A stretch of DNA of 57,879 nucleotides, filler included, from Sphacelaria rigidula (GCA_964200075.2; 4 parts of 4 records of this genome joined end to end with filler, not necessarily neighbours in it), one strand, 5' to 3'; positions 1-12,712 are shown, counted from the whole stretch's first letter. The notes: generated by a model from the letters alone, not told the origin. A program made the numbers and translations.

Positions 1-218
1 TTTACGTGAAGATTTTGCCTCCCAAAACCATGCACTTGACGCAAGTCTATTGAGCGAAGTACAGGTTAAATCAGTCCCTTAATTTTGCTGTTGGTGCTTG
101 TGTCGGTGCGGGAAGTCCTTTGAACTGAGTACAGCTGCTGCAGCGATAGATACTCTGAATGCAGGAGTTCGAAAACGCTGCTGCGAGTCTCTTCCTGCTC
201 TTTGAAACTCCCCAAAAG

Positions 219-419
219 GCGACGAGACTCTCCCCCCGAGGACGCGCGCGCACGGCACGAGCACGCAACCGGACGATGACTTCTCGCGTACAATTGATCA
301 TGCCCTCGCGCATTGCAACACATCACATTGGAACGACCACAGCGCGGTGGATTTTGTTGCGATAAATAGAGCCATCGAAGGGAGCTGTCAACTCATCCAA
401 CACGTCCACCAGCAGAAAG
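219..419 (+). CDS. Possible internal exon of an unidentified host gene
   Basis: Pyrimidine tract + AAG acceptor at 216-218, open frame (..DDDFSRTIDHALAHCNTSHW..QQK), weak GT donor at 420; phase 1, compatible with candidate exon 7524-7574. Confidence 0.25.
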
Positions 420-479
420 GTGTTTATTATGGGTTTGGGGGAAGTGATCCGCGAAGGAGGCGCGGAGTCTAAAATATAT

Positions 480-1930
480 CACACCCTGTGCAACTAAAAT
501 AGTTGGTAGTTGTTTGTCAAACAACTAATTGTTCAAAAACGTGTGCAACTAGTTGTTTCCAATCAACTGTAACTGTTCAGAATCGTGTACAACTGTTTGT
601 TTTCAAACAACAAATTGTTCAGAATCGTTTGCAACTAGTTGTTTCCAAACAACTAACTGTTTAGAAGCGTACGCAACTAGTCGTTTCCAAGCAACTACCA
701 GGTAATTGGTCGACAAACAATTAACTTTAGTTGGTTATAGTTTGAAAAAATAAAAATGCTGTATATAAGTGGTGTGAGCTCGTATCTTTGCAGGACACGG
801 AGTATGCCAGAAAAATCAGGCCGACCTTTTGTTTTAATTATTTTTCTCAATTGTCGCACTTTGAATCCCTCCCCTTCCTCGGGACGAGTCCGCGGTCTCA
901 AGGGGTCATTACATCCCTCCCCGGTGACCTTTTTTGATTTTGATGGATTGGTTGATTGATTGTCGCACCTTAACTGACTACCCATGGGTCCAGCCGTGGT
1001 CGCATGATAGACGTACCCAAGAAAAGCAAAACTGAAACACTCGTTCAAGAAAACGAAGGAGCAGAAAAAGGTCGGAGAGAACGACATCGTAGACTAAACG
1101 GGAAAAATAAACAATGAAGAGAAGGAATAAAAAAATGAAGAAGCAACTCACGGAAAGAGATGGCCGACCTGATATATATATATATATACATATTCCTGGA
1201 TAAAGGGAAGGACATAAGTATGTGGTGTGATGCCAAGGAAAGGCACACGTCATTCGGGGCGCGAGCATGACATGTTCAAGGAAGGTTTAGGTTTGACTGC
1301 TGTTTCATGTGTGCATCACATCCAACTGGCGTTATCAACCACGGTTCTCCTCCGACATCGAAAAACAAACGTCTGTCGGGAAGCTGCTGGCGCTCGTGTA
1401 GGAGCAGCTGGTGCTCGTGTAGTGGCGGCTGGTGGCACAGCTTCTATTTGGTGCGTGTGTGTTCGTGTGTGAATGGATGGGGTGCTCACATGTACATGCA
1501 TCGGCTCGATTTCAGGCAAGGGTGTAATTGCAACTGTTCCCCCATGTTGACAACTACTCGGGCCACCACACAACTACTCGTTTAAAATCGTGTGCAACCA
1601 CCCGGATCACCAAAGAACTACTTGTTCAGAATCGTATGCAACTAGTTGTCTACAAGCAACTCCTCAGAATCATGCGCATCTAGTTGCTTCCTAACATCTG
1701 CTGTTCTAAGCTCGTGCGCAACTAGTTGTTTCCAAGCAACTGACGCTCTAAAATCGTGCGTAACTAGTTGTTTTCAAGTAACTGAAGTTCCAAATCGCGC
1801 GTAACTAGTTATTTCTCAAGAACTACTCTTTCAGAATCGTGCGCGACTAGTTGTTTGGAGACAACTAGCCAGTAGTTGGTCGACGAACAACCAACTAAAT
1901 TAGTTGTTAGTCCTAGTTGTACAGGGTGTG
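480..1930. mobile_element. Non-autonomous TIR element (~1.45 kb) with subterminal ~39-bp tandem arrays
   Basis: TIR CACACCCTGTGCAACTA (480-496) vs TAGTTGTACAGGGTGTG (1914-1930), 1 mismatch; degenerate repeats of (A)ATCGTGTGCAACTAGTTGTTTCCAA at ~500-700 and ~1580-1870; no clear TSD. Confidence 0.7.
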
Positions 1931-2128
1931 TTCATGTTTCATCTTGCCCGAAATCATGCTATCCAGAATAAGACCCATGAGTGATGAGTTGCCGCAATTC
2001 TTATGCCAACATCCTTGTTTCAGTTTGTTTTTCTTCAGCGTAAGGCCAAGATGACTAATTCGATAACACTCTTAACGCTCCTTACGAAAACTGTTGCACC
2101 TCACTGGGAGTGCCCAGAAGAAGGAAAT

Positions 2129-2535
2129 TGTGCACTTGTGAGGTGTTGTTTGGTGTGGCCGTGGCGCGCTCCCTCGCAGTGCACCGTTTTATAGCGGAGC
2201 AAGGCAATCGTCACGACAGATCTTGACGGGTCGAGCAGACGATGTACCCGAGTGGGGCGCTGCATCGCCGTGCTTTTCATTATTCATTCAGACGTCACCC
2301 GCTGGTGTACAGCTCTTTCTGAACGTTCGCTCTCTGAATCTCAGCCCTAAACCCCAACTATAGAGCTTACAATATAGAGCCGCGGAGTCGTTCTGGCTAG
2401 ACTGTACACTGGCTACAGTACTGGTTCCCGGACCGTTCCTGTTGGTACTTTGTACTGAACCGCACTGGCTCCTATTAGGCTGGTTGACTGAATGCCTGAG
2501 AATCTACGTACGAGATCTATGTCCTAAACTGCACA
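2129..2535 (-). repeat. 3' LTR of copia element (407 bp)
   Basis: Direct repeat of 6736-7148; TG...CA ends; preceded on the minus strand by the purine tract AGGGGAG (2536-2542). Confidence 0.93.
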
Positions 2536-2579
2536 CTCCCCTATGATCATGTAACGGCAACACCGGAGAGCTGATACGA

Positions 2580-4151
2580 TCACACCCAACGCGCTGGGAC
2601 AGAATTGACAAAATCGGAAACAGATAATTTCTTGACCCGCTTCGTTAGGATGTCCGCGCGCTTCTCGCTCGTCGGTACGCATCGCACGGTGAACAGCTTC
2701 TTCTCGACGTACTGCCGTGAACATTTTAGCTTTATATCAACGCGTCTCGTGCGCCCGTTGAACCCGGTGACTGTAGTCGCCTGAATAGCGCTACGATTGT
2801 CGCAAAACCACAGGGTCGTGTCCTGTGGAAGTCCCATCTCTTCCGGAATACCCCGAATGAATATGCAATGACGCATATCCTGTACCATGGCCGTCCTTTC
2901 CGCTTCTGAAGAAAAAAAAGTTACAGAGGCCTGGGGTTTGGATCGCCATACTATCGGAGATTTGTTCATTAGCAGGAAGTAGCCCGTGACACTCCTGCGT
3001 GTTTCGGCATCGTTCGCCCAGTCCGAGTCTGCATTTCCCATCAATGCCTTCTCGGTCTTCACGTTGCTCACACCATATCCTAGGCAGATGTCAAGCGTAC
3101 CAGCTAGGTAGCGGAGAACGTGTTGTAGCCCTCGCCAGTGTCGTGGAGAGAGAGTGGCGGTCCGGCGCCCTTGCTCTCGGTCACTGTTGGAGAGGTCCGT
3201 TCGTGTCATTCCTGCGAGGAACATTAGTTTTCCGAGAATCCTTGCGTACGGGAACTCGGAGGAGTTTAGCTCCCCTTCACCTTCTTTCCGCTCTGACAGG
3301 CCCATCCCCGGGTCGAGGAGCGTATAGGTTTTCCGCACTTGTGTCGAGCCCATTCCTTCAACGACGATGCTCTCCGCATAGGCGCGTTGGTCGAGAGTGA
3401 TGCTGTCATGGGCCACAGTGACACTGACGCCGAGAAGCTTGTCGGGCACACCCAGATCCCGACCCTTGAATCTCGCCAAGAGGTATGTCTGCATACGCTG
3501 AATTTTTTCCGCGTAGTCACCCGAGAACAGGAGGTCATCCACGTAGGCGACTAGGGTAGCGACGCGCCCGTCTTCGGCCTGACGGTAGTAGAGGCGTTCG
3601 TCGTAGTGGCTGCTGTGGCAGTCTTCGGCGAGTATTGTGCTCCTTAGTTCCTTCAACCATTGTACGGCGGACTGCTTCAAGCCAGAAATAGCCTTATCCG
3701 CCTTGACCACGCTCTTGTCGGGCAATTGTAGCCAGACGCTTTCCGGGAGCGGCGCATTCAGAAATGCCTGCGTGAAATCCAGCATTCTGACCCTCCATTT
3801 GTGCAGAGCAGCTGTCGCCAAGACAGTGCGCATGACGTCGAAGCCTGCGACCGGGCTGAACGTTGCGGAGATATCGATTCCCTCGCGGTGAGTGAACCCG
3901 CGAGCCACGAGTCGGGCCTTATATCTCTCTACTGCTCCGTCGGCCGTGCCCTTGATCTGGATATAAATCGCTTCTTGACTTGTCTTGTCGTGTGGTGAAG
4001 GGTCGTCGGTGAACGTCCCTTGATCCCAGAGGCCTTCCATTTTATCTTCCATGGCCACTTCCCATCTGTCGGCGTCGGCCCCTGCCAGGGCTTCTGTCGT
4101 GGTCGAGGGTTCATGTGGTCCTGTGGCAATTTCGCCAAACAATCCGAGCAT
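2580..4151 (-). pseudogene. Copia reverse transcriptase + RNase H (degenerate)
   Basis: YKARLVARGF, YVDD, ADSDWA, CDN and ADILTK motifs; disconnected from the upstream integrase frame. Confidence 0.9.
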
Positions 4152-4319
4152 GCAGAATGCGCGTTCGTCTTGATTGTGTAGAAGGGTGGCGAGGAAATTC
4201 CCGTCGTCAGAAATGCTGCCGTCAGAACTCTCAAAGTGTTGCTGTGAGTTTTCCCCCCGACGCCGTTGCGCCGGTCGGCTGGGCCTGCGCAGTCTACTGT
4301 CCGGAGAAGAGCGCTTTGA

Positions 4320-5836
4320 TCATGTCGGTTCCTGTGGTGGCTGTCCACCCGGGCCATCATCGCCGTCGATTGGCGCTGCCTCCCCTTCTTCTGATGGCTC
4401 GTCCTCACCATCACTGAGTTCGACCGCCTTCAGCTCCCCCATGATGTCTAGGATCTTGGCCTCTGATTCAAATTTGATGTGTGAAGACTTGACGAGCTTT
4501 GATTCCTGTATCAGCCAGACATACCAGCAGAGAGAGTGCCGATCGTGCCCCACCAAGATGCCCCGCTTTGCATATGGGTGGAACTTTGCACCGGCGCTGC
4601 GTTGCTGCTTGTGCTGATGCACGAAACACTCCGATCCCCAAGTACGAAGCCGGTCGTAGTTGAAAGGCTTCCCTGTCAGCCTCTCACATGGGGTCTCATC
4701 CTCGAGGTACTCGTGGGGCATCCCTGAGGTCTTGAATGCCGCGTCTGCCACAGTGAAGAACCAGTACTCTTCTCCGCGTCCCGCTTTTACCAGTTGGCTG
4801 CGTGCTATCCTCATCAGTTGTTGAATTGCACGTTCAGCAATTCCAATACTTTGCGGTGTCCTTGGCGGTGAGTTGCGATATTTGATGCCGCGATTGGTCA
4901 GCATGCGTTGAGATTTGATTGACCGCCCAAGTTCCCCAGTGCCGTCTCCGCTAATACACTTGATGGGCACTTCCTCACGTATCATTTCGTCGATGTAGGC
5001 TCCCGTGGCGTCATTGGCCGCATCTCGTTTCTCGAGTCCAGCAACGTGCTTGTCTCGACTGGCCTCGTCCACGAAAACCTGAAAGTATTTCATGCCCGTG
5101 ACATCGGCGTGGAAATGACCTTCAAGATCAGTGTGCACAACTTCACCTGGTGCTTTGGAACTCCTGCCGCCGCGGCCGTAGCTGAGCGTCTCGGACTTGC
5201 ATTCCTTGCAGACGCTGCAGCGCATCTCAGACGCCACCGTGGTATCAGTGACATCGATCCGCCCACGCTTGTCGAGGTGTTTTCTGGCAGCCAGATCGAT
5301 GTGTCCTAAGGTGTCGTGCCACTCCTTCAATGTGGGGCGCTGCTTCTCGTTTGCGAACGAAGCGTGCGCCGACGCCGCATGTTTGCCATCCCACTGCAGC
5401 GATGCCGACAGGATCAGGAACCCTCTATTCTCGGCTAGGGGGATCTTCGGTTCATCCTCTCTAAACCGAAGGTAGCTCTCCTTCCTACCGGAATCCACGA
5501 ATTCTCCTCCGTCACGCCGAATCGTTCCGGTACTCAGCCACCGGCAAGGTAGTCCAGGGACCCAAAGTACGTCCTTCAGTGTGACTGTTGCTGGAGCCAC
5601 CTTTCCCCGAGCACCCATGTGCAACGGCATCTCCCCCATTGTCAGTGCCTGCAGTGGTCCCTTGTTCCCAAATGTACAGCTTCGATTGACCGTACGTTTA
5701 TTGCGAGATCCTGTTTCCAGGGAGTCATGTGGACATTCGCTCCCGAGTCGCAGAGAATCGACACCTCTGTGCCACTGTTGGTCGACGTGCACATGGATAC
5801 TACTCGCTCATCTTCGACTACCACGTTCATCGTCAT
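4320..5836 (-). pseudogene. Copia protease + integrase (frameshifted)
   Basis: ILCDSGANVHM protease motif (5642-5836 ORF); WHDTLGH and CSVCKEC zinc motif, VHTDLEG..VDEASR..GDG..GIAERA DDE core (4320-5792 ORF). Confidence 0.88.
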
Positions 5837-6672
5837 GAATGCCTGCGGTCTGTCCCTCCTCCCATTACTCCTGCCATTTTGTGGCGGGGGTGGAAACGTT
5901 CGTGCGGGGCTATCCCCGGCAGTTTTTCAGCCAGAGGTTTGCCGTCAAGGTAGGAGCGACACTCCCGCCATCCATGATTTCGCTTCAGACAGTAGGCGCA
6001 TTGATTGCTATCGAGCCCCGAGTCGGTTCTGTTGCCGTCGGTTCTCGATTGGAACTCTACCGCCTCATCGCGGCGTTCCATGCCAGACGTTAGATATGCT
6101 GATGATACCACGACTGCCCGTTTAGCTCATCGTACGGCATACCTGGCTGGGTTGTGAGCTAGATGAATACTTCTGGAAGCGCCTCCTTGATCCCGAGTAA
6201 AAGGGCTGCCCTTTTGGTCTCGTCGGCTTCGGCTTTTCCCCAGCACTTTGAGTTTCTCCCAAATGGTGTCCAGCTTCACCATAAAATCTGCTGATTCTTC
6301 TGCAGAATTGCAGTGGAGATCCCGCAGTCTTCGTTCCAATGCAAGTAGTTGCACAGGCCGCTCGTCCTGTGCACGTCCTCCGTAAATCCGTTCCATCTCC
6401 AGCCAAGCTTCCCTGCCGTCAGGGTTGCCGCCGTGCTCGCACCGTAGCACGATGGCTGCGGCTGACCCTTTCGTAGCCCGTGCCAGGAGGAACAACAGGG
6501 ACTGTGTATCGCGTTGGTGCGTTTCGTACGCCCCACGCTGATCAGGTGTTGTGGTCGCTGTCGGAACGGCCGGTGTGGTGTAATCCGGTCGCAGCAGGTG
6601 GTATAGTCCCTTTCTCTGCGTATCCAAAGATGGGAAGTCTCCATGCGTCCCATGTTTCTCGCGAGTGCCCAC
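5833..6672 (-). pseudogene. Copia gag (broken across several frames)
   Basis: DGREAW gag-like motif; CCHC knuckle CAYCLKRNHGWREC in ORF 5833-6111. Confidence 0.8.
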
Positions 6673-6724
6673 GAGCGCCCGTCTAGACTGGCAACTTGCG
6701 TGGGTCTACCTCCATGCTCCTCGA

Positions 6725-6735
6725 GGCTCATAACC
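6725..6735 (-). promoter_or_regulatory. Primer-binding site complementary to the tRNA-iMet anticodon arm (half-tRNA priming)
   Basis: Minus strand GGTTATGAGCC abuts the 5' LTR, rather than the usual TGGTATCAGAGC. Confidence 0.75.
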
Positions 6736-7148
6736 TGTGCACTTGTGAGGTGTTGTTTGGTGTGGCCGTGGCGCGCTCCCTCGCAGTGCACCGTTTTATA
6801 GCGGAGCAAGGCAATCGTCACGACAGATCTTGACGGGTCGAGCAGACGATGTACCCGAGTGGGGCGCTGCATCGCCGTGCTTTTCATTATTCATTCAGAC
6901 GTCACCCGCTGGTGTACAGCTCTTTCTGAACGTTCGCTCTCTGAATCTCAGCCCTAAACCCCAACTATAGAGCTTACAATATAGAGCCGCGGAGTCGTTC
7001 TGGCTAGACTGTACACTGGCTACAGTACTGGTTCCCGGACCGTTCCTGTTGGTACTTTGTACTGAACCGCACTGGCTCCTATTAGGCTGGTTGACTGAAT
7101 GCCTGAGAATCTACGCACGAGATCTATGTCCAATACATGAACTGCACA
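6736..7148 (-). repeat. 5' LTR of copia element (413 bp)
   Basis: By eye it differs from the 3' LTR by one substitution and a short end patch (net 6 bp). Confidence 0.93.
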
Positions 7149-7523
7149 GAAACTACCACTTCAAGACGCTATCAAAACTTCTCGGCAGAAACCGTACGGA
7201 GAAAAAAAGACGATTAACCCGGCTTCGATCATGTTCTTGAAAAAACTGGAGTCGAAGTTCATGTAGTCCAGACACCTCGTATACAGTGTTCTCTCTCCCT
7301 TGATATCACCTCGGGTGATAATATTCCGGCTTTCGAAAAATTACTACTCGGGAATCATACAAACCATACTTTGCAAAAGAGTACTTTGTGCTTGTCCACC
7401 AAGTGTTGTTGAACAGTCGTTAAACAGCCGTCTCTCTCCCCCGTGCTTTCCTCCCTTGAATGCCGCCCGCAACTTGATGCTGCTGCTGCTGCCGCCTCTC
7501 CGAACCACGAACAATGCAATCAG

Positions 7524-7574
7524 TTGATCCGGAGCAGTTGTCCGGTAGCAAGCCGCACAACATCAAAAGCCCAC
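7524..7574 (+). CDS. Possible short internal exon
   Basis: CAG acceptor and strong GTGAGT donor; 51 nt, phase 1/1. Confidence 0.25.
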
Positions 7575-8194
7575 GTGAGTATCCCGCTCATCAGCAGATT
7601 CCGGCTCACAAGCATGACACATCCAGTTGGGACAAAGCTTGCTGATGACCTCACAGTTTATTGTCTCATTTCTTCCAGCGGGGTTTTTTGTAGTCGTCGA
7701 AGTCACTTTGTGAAAGCGAGGAGTGGATCCATTGTGACTTCAAGTATTGTAGCCAAATGATACCAAGCCGTAGGTTTCAGTATAATTGCATGCATGATTG
7801 GAGCAGTGGCAGGGGACAGGGGATTCTTGATTGATGGCCCTCTTCGGTGTGGCCTCTTGTTGTTTGGCTCATGATATGATCTGTTGAGGATCCCTCCGTG
7901 ATGATGTCAAGTTGAAGAAAGGACTTGTCAAGCACGAGGCCAGAAGTACTAAAGGAGTCCCCCGTTGAACGTCCTCTTGTCCGGATCGTCTGGCAGACGC
8001 TATAATATCTAGATACTCTTTTCGGCACTCTGTTGGAGGAGTTGGGCTGAGGAGAAGGGGCCGCGGCTGGAAGCAGTTTAGCCCGCAGATGAATAGAGAA
8101 AACTTGAAGCGCACAGCAGTAGAGGACGCTCCATGGGCTGGAGGACGCACAAGTCAGACAAGAGTCTCCGTGAAGTGTTTAAATCCTAGACGAC

Positions 8195-11100
8195 ATGGCT
8201 CAAGCGGCGGCAGCGCCTCTGGTGTTAGGTGAGCCGCTAGACTGCCCAAAAATGGCGAGGTGTCGACCGAGGAAGCATCAAGAGTTTTCTACGCAGCATA
8301 TCTCGACTGCATAGAGAGGTCGTACCTTGCAAATTCTCGGGGAGTTGTAAGGCATGCTAACGTGAGCATAGATCAGCTCATCCCTACGTACATTCGTCGG
8401 TGCTTCGAAGGCATCTACAAGGACCGTCGGGCTATGACGCCCGACGAACTGCTAGGTGCTGTGAAGCAGCATGCCGCGTACACCACAACCGGCGGCAAGC
8501 ATGACACTGCGCGGGCTGCAGTAGATCTACGTGGAACTCGTACTATGACACAAAGCGGTGGAACATCAGTCAAGGGTAGAGCGATGACGGTTAACTCGTC
8601 GGTCGGAACGTTTGTCGCGGAAACCCTCACGATGCAAGCCATGTACCGTGCGGAGGACAAGAGCTGGTTGTGAGGCCCGGCCGAGTTGGTTTCCACAGCT
8701 TTTGGTGGACGGGATTTCGCCTCCAGATTTCAAGGCGTATGTGAAAGCGTACTAACGTATGTAGACGTCTGGGAAAAGAATCCGAGAGTGGTGTTTAACA
8801 AACTATTTGATGCCGCCGACCACTGGAGATTCATCGAGGCGCATAGCCGGCGCGACTCTGCGGCAAGTGACAACTGACAACAGCAGCAACAGAAACAGCA
8901 GCCGTCTTCGCCAGCGTCGTCCACTCGCGCATGTTGCAACTGCGGCGACAGCGGACCCCTGATTAAGGACTGCCCCAAGCCTCACGCTCGAGGCACTGCA
9001 CAACAAAATGCGCGAGATTCGTGAGGATCTCGAGGCGGTCGACACGGTGGACGGGGCCGTGCCAAGGATGGACGCGGGCACGACGGCCGCGGTAGCAAGC
9101 AATCGGCGACGGATGGTCCTTCCTCTGCTGCTGTCTCTTCCACAACGTCATCAGGTGGTGACTCTAGATCTTGTGGCTCGTCCGTGTCGGGGCGGACAGT
9201 GTACGTGGGAAATGCGAACACTTCGGTGGAGAGTGCTGGAGCGTATAGTTCGCAACCCCTCGGCCAGGCAGGATCCGTGTCTAGTGCATTTCCTACTGCT
9301 GCGACGGCTGTAACAGCGCCGTCTGCATATTCGACGACGTGGTCTGGATGGACCGCCGTTTTCCAACTATCGATGTCAAGTACTGGAGCGCAGCCCTGGC
9401 GTCAGGTGACTCTTGGTACCGACGAGGGTTTTTCGGCAGGTGTAGTGCCTGTCGATCGCACGGCGGAATGTTCACGCGCAGATCTTTCCTTGCCCGGTTC
9501 CGTAGATTCGTTCATGGCCCGCGTTATTTTGGATTCTGGGTCCGCGCTCACGTCGATCGGAGTGGGGTTGCGAGAACAAGTGTCTTCGCACTTTGACGGC
9601 GCTTAGCTGCAGATTCCGTTCGAAAATGGACCGCAAACGGCACAGACCGCCACGGGTGCTCCCGTGACGGTTACACATAACCCGGTACCGATTGCTGTTA
9701 GCGTGCGCACGCCGTGGGGGGCTGTGGAGTTGCAGCCCATCACGTTCGCTGCCATACCCGGCAGGGACAACGTGGTTCTATTTGGAATAGCGACGATGAA
9801 GGAGCTCGGGATGAATTTGTATCCGCTGGCATTGGGTACGTTACGCCCGCGTGCTGTGCCGGTGTGAACCGGCGTGAAAAAACCCAGCTATCTTGCTCCA
9901 AGGCGTGTGACCGTATCCATACGGCCATTCCAGATCGCCAATGAGGAAAACGCTCTTGCGGATGAAGCGGTGGAGCGCTTGGTCGATCGGGGGCGCGATA
10001 TGTTCATGGACCCAGCGGAGGAGAGAGGTGCAAGAGAACGTGCGCTAGGGGATAGCGTGTAGCAGGCCGACCGGGAGGGCCTGAGCGCAGATGCCGCATA
10101 TCGTCTGCGTGATATTTTGGCTCGTCGCATGTATACCTTTCGTCTTGCGCTGCGTGGTGATCCGCCAGCGCGCGCGGAGCCCATGAGGGGGCACCTCAAG
10201 CCACAGGCAAAGGCTGTGAAGGCCAACCCCCGACGTTATGATCCGGTGAAGACTGAGTGGCTTGCCCCATGCATCGCGGCTTTGTTGGTGTTTGGTTTAG
10301 TGGTTCGGAACATCCAGCCTGTGTGGGCGAGTCCGGCGATGGTGGTGCCGAAGAGGGACACATTTCGTTCGGTCAGCGACTATCAGGTGGTGAACGCGCA
10401 AGTGGAGCAGTCTCCGGGGGTGATGCCAAGCCAAGAAGACATGCTCGAGTTGCTTGGAGCCCAATGCTTCGGCATTTTGGACCTGCTACAGGGGTATTGG
10501 CAGATGCCTCTGGCGCCGGAGGCTTAGGAGATCTTCACGATCGTCACGCCTGACGGTTTGTTCACGCCTACTCGTGTCCTGCAGGGCGTATTAAACGCCA
10601 CGGCGTATTTCCAAGGTGTGCTCACTGACATTTTGCGAGGTCTAAACTGTTGGTTGTGAGGGGATGATGTTTCCTATTTTGCTGAAACCGTAGAAGCACT
10701 GTGAGTTTTGCCTGACCAAATTCTTGGCCGCTCGGAGAGTGTTCGTCTGTTCGTCGCTGCGCGTAAGTGCACCTTTCTTGCCCGCGAAGTGGTTTAATGT
10801 GGTGAGGCGTACTCCAAGGGTACTGTTTCGCATGATCCCGAACGCATACAAGGTTTGAGCAATACGCGACGTCCTCAAACCGCGCGTGAGCCGATGCAGT
10901 TCCTGCAGGCGGTGAATTGGTTGCGGACTTCGCTCCTGCGCATGGCAGAAGTAGTGGCGCCGCTTTGTGGGTTTTTGGAACAACTTATGATCGGGGCTTC
11001 GCGTCGGACCAAGCGAGTGGCGCGTAATCGTATCATCCCGGAGGATGCTTGGACGGAGAATCGTATGCGGGCATGGCGTGCTGCGCAAGATTTGGTGGCG

Positions 11101-11655
11101 CAGGTGGTGCCGCTGTATTATCCTCGTCCAGGCGTTTCCCGCGCTAGCTTCTGTCACTGGCGGCGAGTGGAACATGGATGTCATGGATGCTGATACGTTG
11201 CGTGACAAGTTTCGAGGCGTGGTTGACGAGCAAGTGCGGTTTTGTAACGAAGTGCAATCTACTGTCGCGGTGTCTCGCGAAACCAAACGTAAGCTTGCTC
11301 AGGGCCAAACTATGTTACCCAAGCTTGCAGTTGGTGATCCCGTCTTGTATGCCCATGTTCGTAGGCGAGATGTGACGCCCGAGTTGATGTCCACATGGAC
11401 AGGCCCGTGGTGAGTGGTCGGAGCCGATCACGCTCACGTGTATTCATTCGCGTTTCCATGCTGACTTGCAGTTGCACATCACCGGGAACTGAAAGATGTA
11501 TTTCAGCATTCGTATGCTCAAGGTGAATATCGGATGAATGCTTTGGTGCACGTCGCTGAGGATGACAATGGCGATGTCATTTTTTTGGCCGATTGGGATG
11601 GGTTCGGTGCTGAAGAACGTACGTGGGAGTCTCTTCGCAAGATTCATTATAATGC
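8195..11655 (+). mobile_element. Degenerate, internally deleted Ty3/gypsy retrotransposon with C-terminal chromodomain
   Basis: gag with degenerate knuckle CNCGDSGPLIKDC (~8935-8975), protease VILDSGS (~9525), RT WASPAMVVPK..DLLQGYWQ..NATAYFQ, integrase tail VGDPVL..WTGPW, chromo-like FLADWDGFGAEERTWE (~11580-11630); many stops; RNase H and integrase core absent. Confidence 0.85.
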
Positions 11656-11659
11656 CTTC

Positions 11660-11785
11660 GGAAAGATGCGCGGCCCTCCAGAGGAAAAAACAAGCCTCCG
11701 GGGGCGTTTAATCCCTCTGGAGGAAACCCCAGAGTCTTCTCTGGAGTGCCACGTACCCCTCCGGAGGCGTTTGATTCCTCAGTAG
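11660..11785. repeat. Dispersed repeat also present at ~19450-19760
   Basis: GATGCGCGGCCCTCC..AAGCCTCCGG..GGCGTTTAAT.CCTCT.GAGGAAAC shared with 19583-19645. Confidence 0.65.
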
Positions 11786-11949
11786 GCTCGATCAGTCGAC
11801 CGACCTAGAGAAATTCGGGGGTAGCAAAATGGATGCGTGTGCTGTGTTGATTTTTCTGCGCCGCAGTTTTTCCTGAGGGTTTCCTTCTACCCGTCCGCAT
11901 CAGATGACGAGTACGGAAGTGAAAATGATGCGGAGTTCCTTTTTTGCCC

Positions 11950-12370
11950 CGCCTACTCGCGCGTACTCGGCCGACTGCATCTTCGTCCTTGTGCCATGAG
12001 GTCATGACCCACTCCACTCCTCGCAGCACCCCCGCATGCCACGGCATCCCCTCCTCCTTCTTTCTTGCCGTAGTTCAGAGAAAGTTGCCAACTCCAAATG
12101 TGGGTGTTCGTCCGTAGAGCCGTGTGCGGTTCCGAACGCTCGGAGATCGTCCCTCAGGAATTTCAGCTAGTGCTGCTCTAGGTGCCCCTTTCGTGGACCC
12201 CCCCCACACACACGAGTGTCCCGAACGCCAGTCGCTTCGGTGTTTGTCTGTTTGGTTGTCTCGAAAGGCTCCCGCGAGCAGCAGTCGCCGTTGTTGGAAA
12301 ACGACTTCAGCACTGTGGTATCCGGATACACACAGAGCGGGTGTAAGAATGCAGTCGGTAGGTACCACGA
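11950..12370 (-). mobile_element. 3' fragment of a non-LTR retrotransposon (RTE-like ORF C-terminus), decayed
   Basis: Frameshifted translation QRRLLLAG..PKRLAFGTL..GGPRKGHLEQH*LKFLRDDLRAFG..PWHAGV resembles the post-RT region of RTE-type LINEs. Confidence 0.5.
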
Positions 12371-12609
12371 ACGCGGTGGCGTGTCCTCCTCAACAGTGGA
12401 GTCATGCAGGGATTACACATTTGGGCCCAGGTGTTTATCATTTACGGGCTCCCAACGCTGGGAGCTACACGAGAATATATGTCAGAACTTTGCCTCTCTG
12501 AAATCTCATCTATAGCCCGTTGGAATGATGATCGTGGCATGCCCTACCATTCCAATTTCACAAAGTGAAGTTGGTTTCTCCTGCGGGTGAAAATTCGACA
12601 AAGTGGTTT

Positions 12610-12712
12610 TTTGCGACTCCGTTTTTGCGTCCTGATTCTTGCGATCGGATTCTTGCGATAGTTTTTTTGCGTCGGGATTCTCGCGATCGGATACTTGCGA
12701 TAGTGTTTTTGC
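12610..12712. repeat. Short tandem repeat (~39-bp unit)
   Basis: TTTTTGCGTC..GATTCT.GCGATCGGAT.CTTGCGATAG repeated. Confidence 0.6.

Larger units (their letters stand above)
2129..7148 (-). mobile_element. Full-length Ty1/copia LTR retrotransposon with disrupted gag-pol
   Basis: Two direct LTRs with TGTGCA...TGCACA ends, TSD GAAAT/GAAAC (4 of 5), PBS, PPT, and domain order gag-PR-IN-RT-RH. Confidence 0.95.

Noticed and set aside
500-1870. ~39-bp periodic repeats as a CRISPR array
   Set aside because: The units are degenerate tandem repeats without unique spacers, lie inside TIRs in eukaryotic DNA, and no cas genes are present
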